This document shows positions 56,989-64,000 of a stretch of 64,000 nt of DNA, in pieces. Under the pieces are notes generated by a model that made no database searches, was not told where the DNA came from, and saw only the letters and a program-made list of their open reading frames with translations. This DNA comes from the human T2T-CHM13v2.0 reference genome, Homo sapiens: assembly GCF_009914755.1 (NCBI RefSeq), contig NC_060931.1. One strand, given 5' to 3'. The translations under genes were made by a program, and so were the position numbers. Position 1 is the stretch's first letter. Every line of letters begins with the position of its first letter.

Positions 56989-59900
56989 GAATTCTCAGTA
57001 ACTTCTTTGTGCTGTGTGTATTCAACTCACAGAGTGGAACGTCCCTTTACACAGAGCAGATTTGAAACACTCTTTTTGTGGAGTTTGCAAGTGGAGATTT
57101 CAAGCGATTTGATGCCAACAGTAGAAAAGGAAATATCTTCAAATAAAAACTAGACAGAATCATTCTCAGAAACTACTTTGTGATGTGTGCCTTCAACTCA
57201 CAGAGTTTAACCTTTCTTTTCTTAGAGCAGTTTAGAAACACTCTGCTTGTTATGACTGCAAGTGGATATTTGGACCTCTTTGAGGCCTTCGTTGCAAACG
57301 GGGTTTCTTCCTTTCATGCTAGACTAAGAAGAGTTCTCAGTAACTTTTTTGTGTTGTGTGTATTCAACTCACAGAGTTGAACCTTGCTTTAGAGAGAGCA
57401 GATTTGAAACACTCTTGCTGTGGCATTTTCAGGTGGAGATTTCAAGCGATTTGAGGACAATTGCAGAAAAGGAAATATCTTCGTATAATAACCAGACAGA
57501 ATCATTCTCAGAAAGTGCTTTGTGATGTGTGCGTTCAACTCACAGAGTTTAACCTTTCTTTTCATAGAGGAGTTTGGAAACACACTGTTTGTAAAGTCTG
57601 CAAGTGGATACATGGACCTGTTTGAGGCCTTCGTTGGAAACGGGATTTCTTCATTGAATGCTAGACGGAAGAATTCTCAGTAAATTCTTTGTGTTGTGTG
57701 CATTCAACTCACAGAGTGGAACGTCCCTTTAGACACAGCAGATTTGAAACACTCTTTTTGCGGAATTTGCAAGTGGAGATTTCTAGCCATTTGATGCCAA
57801 CAGTAGAAAGGGAAATATCTTCAAATAAAAACCAGACAGAATCATTCTCAGCAAATTCTTTGTGATGTGTGCGTTCAACTCACATAGTTTAACCTTTCTT
57901 TTCATAGAGCAGTTTGGAAACACTCTGTTTGTAAAGTCTGCAAGTGGATATATGGACCGCATTGAGGTCTTCGTTGGAAACGGGATTTCTTCATTTCATG
58001 CTAGACAGAAGAATTCTCAGTAACTTCTTTGTGCTGTGTGTATTCAACTCACAGAGTGGAACGTCCCTTTGCACAGAGCAGATTTGAAACACTCTTTTTG
58101 TGGAGTTTGCAAGTGGAGATTTCAAGCGATTTGATGCCAACAGTAGAAAAGGAAATATCTTCAAATAAAAACTAGACAGAATCATTCTCAGAAACTACTT
58201 TGTGATGTGTGCCTTCAACTCACAGAGTTCAACCTTTCTTTTCTTAGAGCAGTTTAGAAACACTCTGCTTGTTATGTCTGCAAGTGGATATTTGGACCTC
58301 TTTGAGGCCTTCGTTGCAAACGGGGTTTCTTCCTTTCATGCTAGACTAAGAAGAGTTCTCAGTAACTTTTTTGTGTTGTGTGTATTCAACTCACAGAGTT
58401 GAACCTTGCTTTAGAGACAGCAGATTTGAAACACTCTTGCTGTGGCATTTTCAGGTGGAGATTTCAAGCGATTTGAGGACAATTGCAGAAAAGGAAATAT
58501 CTTCGTATAATAACCAGACAGAATCATTCTCAGAAAGTGCTTTGTGATGTGTGCGTTCAACTCACAGAGTTTAACCTTTCTTTTCATAGAGGAGTTTGGA
58601 AACACACTGTTTGTAAAGTCTGCAAGTGGATACATGGACCTGTTTGAGGCCTTCGTTGGAAACGGGATTTCTTCATTGAATGCTAGACGGAAGAATTCTC
58701 AGTAAATTCTTTGTGTTGTGTGCATTGAACTCACAGAGTGGAACGTCCCTTTAGACAGAGCAGATTTGAAACACTCTTTTTGCGGAATTTGCAAGTGGAG
58801 ATTTCTAGCCATTTGATGCCAACAGTAGAAAGGGAAATATCTTCAAATAAAAACCAGACAGAATCATTCTCAGAAAATTCTTTGTGATGTGTGCGTTCAA
58901 CTCACATAGTTTAACCTTTCTTTTCATAGAGCAGTTTGGAAACACTCTGTTTGTAAAGTCTGCAAGTGGATATATGGACCGCATTGAGGCCTTCGTTGGA
59001 AACGGGATTTCTTCATTTCATGCTAGACAGAAGAATTCTCAGTAACTTCTTTGTGCTGTGTGTATTCACCTCACAGAGTGGACCGTCCCTTTGCACAGAG
59101 CAGATTTGAAACACTCTTTTTGTGGAGTTTGCAAGTGGAGATTTCAAGCGATTTGATGCCAACAGTAGAAAAGGAAATATCTTCAAATAAAAACTAGACA
59201 GAATCATTCTCAGAAACTACTTTGTGATGTGTGCCTTCAACTCACAGAGTTTAACCTTTCTTTTCTTAGAGCAGTTTAGAAACACTCTGCTTGTTATGAC
59301 TGCAAGTGGATATTTGGACCTCTTTGAGGCCTTCGTTGCAAACGGGGTTTCTTCCTTTCATGCTAGACTAAGAAGAGTTCTCAGTAACTTTTTTGTGTTG
59401 TGTGTATTCAACTCACAGAGTTGAACCTTGCTTTAGAGAGAGCAGATTTGAAACACTCTTGCTGTGGCATTTTCAGGTGGAGATTTCAAGCGATTTGAGG
59501 ACAATTGCAGAAAAGGAAATATCTTCGTATAATAACCAGACAGAATCATTCTCAGAAAGTGCTTTGTGATGTGTGCGTTCAACTCACAGAGTTTAACCTT
59601 TCTTTTCATAGAGGAGTTTGGAAACACACTGTTTGTAAGGACTGCAAGTGGATATATGGACCTGTTTGAGGCCTTCGTTGGAAACGGGATTTCTTCATTG
59701 AATGCTAGACGGAAGAATTCTCAGTAAATTCTTTGTGTTGTGTGCATTCAACTCACAGAGTGGAACGTCCCTTTAGACAGAGCAGATTTGAAACACTCTT
59801 TTTGCGGAATTTGCAAGTGGAGATTTCTAGCCATTTGATGCCAACAGTAGAAAGGGAAATATCTTCAAATAAAAACCAGACAGAATCATTCTCAGCAAAT

Positions 59901-61076
59901 TCTTTGTGATGTGTGCGTTCAACTCACATAGTTTAACCTTTCTTTTCATAGAGCAGTTTGGAAACACTCTGTTTGTAAAGTCTGCAAGTGGATATATGGA
60001 CCGCATTGAGGCCTTCGTTGGAAACGGGATTTCTTCATTTCATGCTAGACAGAAGAATTCTCAGTAACTTCTTTGTGCTGTGTGTATTCAACTCACAGAG
60101 TGGAACGTCCCTTTGCACAGAGCAGATTTGAAACACTCTTTTTGTGGAGTTTGCAAGTGGAGATTTCAAGCGATTTGATGCCAACAGTAGAAAAGGAAAT
60201 ATCTTCAAATAAAAACTAGACAGAATCATTCTCAGAAACTACTTTGTGATGTGTGCCTTCAACTCACAGAGTTCAACCTTTCTTTTCTTAGAGCAGTTTA
60301 GAAACACTCTGCTTGTTATGTCTGCAAGTGGATATTTGGACCTCTTTGAGGCCTTCGTTGCAAACGGGGTTTCTTCCTTTCATGCTAGACTAAGAAGAGT
60401 TCTCAGTAACTTTTTTGTGTTGTGTGTATTCAACTCACAGAGTTGAACCTTGCTTTAGAGAGAGCAGATTTGAAACACTCTTGCTGTGGCATTTTCAGGT
60501 GGAGATTTCAAGCGATTTGAGGACAATTGCAGAAAAGGAAATATCTTCGTATAATAACCAGACAGAATCATTCTCAGAAAGTGCTTTGTGATGTGTGCGT
60601 TCAACTCACAGAGTTTAACCTTTCTTTTCATAGAGGAGTTTGGAAACACACTGTTTGTAAAGTCTGCAAGTGGATACATGGACCTGTTTGAGGCCTTCGT
60701 TGGAAACGGGATTTCTTCATTGAATGCTAGACGGAAGAATTCTCAGTAAATTCTTTGTGTTGTGTGCATTCAACTCACAGAGTGGAACGTCCCTTTAGAC
60801 AGAGCAGATTTGAAACACTCTTTTTGCGGAATTTGCAAGTGGAGATTTCTAGCCATTTGATGCCAACAGTAGAAAGGGAAATATCTTCAAATAAAAACCA
60901 GACAGAATCATTCTCAGAAAATTCTTTGTGATGTGTGCGTTCAACTCACATAGTTTAACCTTTCTTTTCATAGAGCAGTTTGGAAACACTCTGTTTGTAA
61001 AGTCTGCAAGTGGATATATGGACCGCATTGAGGCCTTCGTTGGAAACGGGATTTCTTCATTTCATGCTAGACAGAA

Positions 61077-61758
61077 GAATTCTCAGTAACTTCTTTGTGC
61101 TGTGTGTATTCAACTCACAGAGTGGAACGTCCCTTTGCACAGAGCAGATTTGAAACACTCTTTTTGTGGAGTTTGCAAGTGGAGATTTCAAGCGATTTGA
61201 TGCCAACAGTAGAAAAGGAAATATCTTCAAATAAAAACTAGACAGAATCATTCTCAGAAACTACTTTGTGATGTGTGCCTTCAACTCACAGAGTTTAACC
61301 TTTCTTTTCTTAGAGCAGTTTAGAAACACTCTGCTTGTTATGTCTGCAAGTGGATATTTGGACCTCTTTGAGGCCTTCGTTGCAAACGGGGTTTCTTCCT
61401 TTCATGCTAGACTAAGAAGAGTTCTCAGTAACTTTTTTGTGTTGTGTGTATTCAACTCACAGAGTTGAACCTTGCTTTAGAGAGAGCAGATTTGAAACAC
61501 TCTTGCTGTGGCATTTTCAGGTGGAGATTTCAAGCGATTTGAGGACAATTGCAGAAAAGGAAATATCTTCGTATAATAACCAGACAGAATCATTCTCAGA
61601 AAGTGCTTTGTGATGTGTGCGTTCAACTCACAGAGTTTAACCTTTCTTTTCATAGAGGAGTTTGGAAACACACTGTTTGTAAAGTCTGCAAGTGGATATA
61701 TGGACCGCATTGAGGCCTTCGTTGGAAACGGGATTTCTTCATTTCATGCTAGACAGAA
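61077..61758 (+). repeat. 4-mer HOR variant type 2 (682 bp)
   Basis: Same chimera, junction window 61673-61706. ORF spacing from 61268 to 61950 is 682 bp. Confidence 0.95.
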
Positions 61759-62780
61759 GAATTCTCAGTAACTTCTTTGTGCTGTGTGTATTCAACTCAC
61801 AGAGTGGAACGTCCCTTTACACAGAGCAGATTTGAAACACTCTTTTTGTGGAGTTTGCAAGTGGAGATTTCAAGCGATTTGATGCCAACAGTAGAAAAGG
61901 AAATATCTTCAAATAAAAACTAGACAGAATCATTCTCAGAAACTACTTTGTGATGTGTGCCTTCAACTCACAGAGTTTAACCTTTCTTTTCTTAGAGCAG
62001 TTTAGAAACACTCTGCTTGTTATGACTGCAAGTGGATATTTGGACCTCTTTGAGGCCTTCGTTGCAAACGGGGTTTCTTCCTTTCATGCTAGACTAAGAA
62101 GAGTTCTCAGTAACTTTTTTGTGTTGTGTGTATTCAACTCACAGAGTTGAACCTTGCTTTAGAGAGAGCAGATTTGAAACACTCTTGCTGTGGCATTTTC
62201 AGGTGGAGATTTCAAGCGATTTGAGGACAATTGCAGAAAAGGAAATATCTTCGTATAATAACCAGACAGAATCATTCTCAGAAAGTGCTTTGTGATGTGT
62301 GCGTTCAACTCACAGAGTTTAACCTTTCTTTTCATAGAGGAGTTTGGAAACACACTGTTTGTAAAGTCTGCAAGTGGATACATGGACCTGTTTGAGGCCT
62401 TCGTTGGAAACGGGATTTCTTCATTGAATGCTAGACGGAAGAATTCTCAGTAAATTCTTTGTGTTGTGTGCATTCAACTCACAGAGTGGAACGTCCCTTT
62501 AGACAGAGCAGATTTGAAACACTCTTTTTGCGGAATTTGCAAGTGGAGATTTCTAGCCATTTGATGCCAACAGTAGAAAGGGAAATATCTTCAAATAAAA
62601 ACCAGACAGAATCATTCTCAGAAAATTCTTTGTGATGTGTGCGTTCAACTCACATAGTTTAACCTTTCTTTTCATAGAGCAGTTTGGAAACACTCTGTTT
62701 GTAAAGTCTGCAAGTGGATATATGGACCGCATTGAGGCCTTCGTTGGAAACGGGATTTCTTCATTTCATGCTAGACAGAA

Positions 62781-63462
62781 GAATTCTCAGTAACTTCTTT
62801 GTGCTGTGTGTATTCAACTCACAGAGTGGAACGTCCCTTTGCACAGAGCAGATTTGAAACACTCTTTTTGTGGAGTTTGCAAGTGGAGATTTCAAGCGAT
62901 TTGATGCCAACAGTAGAAAAGGAAATATCTTCAAATAAAAACTAGACAGAATCATTCTCAGAAACTACTTTGTGATGTGTGCCTTCAACTCACAGAGTTT
63001 AACCTTTCTTTTCTTAGAGCAGTTTAGAAACACTCTGCTTGTTATGTCTGCAAGTGGATATTTGGACCTCTTTGAGGCCTTCGTTGCAAACGGGGTTTCT
63101 TCCTTTCATGCTAGACTAAGAAGAGTTCTCAGTAACTTTTTTGTGTTGTGTGTATTCAACTCACAGAGTTGAACCTTGCTTTAGAGAGAGCAGATTTGAA
63201 ACACTCTTGCTGTGGCATTTTCAGGTGGAGATTTCAAGCGATTTGAGGACAATTGCAGAAAAGGAAATATCTTCGTATAATAACCAGACAGAATCATTCT
63301 CAGAAAGTGCTTTGTGATGTGTGCGTTCAACTCACAGAGTTTAACCTTTCTTTTCATAGAGGAGTTTGGAAACACACTGTTTGTAAAGTCTGCAAGTGGA
63401 TATATGGACCGCATTGAGGCCTTCGTTGGAAACGGGATTTCTTCATTTCATGCTAGACAGAA
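62781..63462 (+). repeat. 4-mer HOR variant type 2 (682 bp)
   Basis: Same chimera, junction window 63377-63410. ORF spacing from 62972 to 63654 is 682 bp. Confidence 0.95.
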
Positions 63463-64000
63463 GAATTCTCAGTAACTTCTTTGTGCTGTGTGTATTCAAC
63501 TCACAGAGTGGAACGTCCCTTTACACAGAGCAGATTTGAAACACTCTTTTTGTGGAGTTTGCAAGTGGAGATTTCAAGCGATTTGATGCCAACAGTAGAA
63601 AAGGAAATATCTTCAAATAAAAACTAGACAGAATCATTCTCAGAAACTACTTTGTGATGTGTGCCTTCAACTCACAGAGTTTAACCTTTCTTTTCTTAGA
63701 GCAGTTTAGAAACACTCTGCTTGTTATGACTGCAAGTGGATATTTGGACCTCTTTGAGGCCTTCGTTGCAAACGGGGTTTCTTCCTTTCATGCTAGACTA
63801 AGAAGAGTTCTCAGTAACTTTTTTGTGTTGTGTGTATTCAACTCACAGAGTTGAACCTTGCTTTAGAGAGAGCAGATTTGAAACACTCTTGCTGTGGCAT
63901 TTTCAGGTGGAGATTTCAAGCGATTTGAGGACAATTGCAGAAAAGGAAATATCTTCGTATAATAACCAGACAGAATCATTCTCAGAAAGTGCTTTGTGAT

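Larger units (their letters stand above)
52702..62505 (+). repeat. Recent 4,770-bp tandem duplication (4 HORs plus one 682-bp 4-mer)
   Basis: Rare SNVs paired at an exact 4770-bp offset: 53198/57968, 53648/58418, 53957/58727, 54299/59069, 54313/59083. The deletion junctions 56903/61673 show the same offset. Confidence 0.93.
1..64000 (+). repeat. Centromeric alpha-satellite higher-order repeat array, 6-mer HOR of 1022 bp, SF1-like dimeric structure
   Basis: Typical alphoid monomer motifs throughout (CATTCTCAGAAA, TTCAACTCACAGAG, GAAACACTCT, CENP-B box CTTCGTTGGAAACGGGA). The ORF track repeats every 1022 bp (294, 1316 ... 3358, 4380). Units differ by only a few SNVs per kb, with one orientation from end to end. 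Confidence 0.99.
1..64000 (+). other. D7Z1: Probable identity: active centromeric array of human chromosome 7 (D7Z1)
   Basis: A 6-monomer HOR of ~1.02 kb built from ~340-bp dimers with a CENP-B box in alternate monomers. Two EcoRI sites per HOR give 682 and 340 bp fragments, consistent with what I recall of D7Z1. Not confirmed by alignment. Confidence 0.85.
60322..64000 (+). repeat. 1,704-bp tandem duplication (6-mer plus 4-mer = 10 monomers), running to the window end
   Basis: Junctions 61673 and 63377 and the TATGACTG allele at 62025 and 63729 are each 1704 bp apart. Confidence 0.88.

Noticed and set aside
52171-57970. SNVs next to CENP-B boxes (G>A at 52174; C>T at 53198 and 57968)
   Set aside because: They lie upstream of the 17-bp box and leave its core intact. 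They only remove the AGGCCT palindrome.
83-63854. About 170 short ORFs (62-77 aa) on both strands that look like a repeated three-gene cassette
   Set aside because: They are chance translations of the satellite, recurring with the HOR period. They appear and vanish with single SNVs, and show no recognisable protein family or gene structure.
1-64000. CRISPR-like regularly spaced direct repeats (CENP-B box region every ~340 bp)
   Set aside because: The intervening sequence is itself repeated rather than made of unique spacers, and there are no cas genes. This is tandem satellite.
1-64000. Hidden insertion (L1, Alu, viral) or inversion
   Set aside because: All unit spacings are explained by 1022, 1020, 680 or 682 bp, and the orientation never flips, leaving no room for foreign sequence.

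Overview
The whole window is human-type centromeric alpha satellite: an uninterrupted, single-orientation, highly homogeneous array of ~170-bp monomers organised as a 6-monomer (3-dimer) higher-order repeat (HOR) of 1022 bp, with a CENP-B box in every second monomer (spacing 340/342/340 bp; about 188 boxes by unit count). The dimeric substructure, 6-mer period and 682+340 bp EcoRI pattern best fit suprachromosomal family 1, most likely the active chromosome 7 array D7Z1. That assignment rests on recalled family knowledge, not a database search. I count about 65 HOR units. Six are 4-monomer deletion variants of two types: 680 bp (three copies, left half) and 682 bp (three copies, right end). 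Rare SNVs reveal nested multi-HOR duplications with periods of 11,922/10,900 bp, 4,770 bp and 1,704 bp. All ORFs in the track are satellite artefacts. I saw no genes, transposon insertions, inversions or CRISPR arrays, and no support for a new gene-based system. The interesting signals concern array evolution: super-HOR blocks, chimeric monomers, parallel variants in different monomers, a transversion-heavy variant spectrum and one CENP-B box with a core mutation. Variants were read by eye, so some may be missed.
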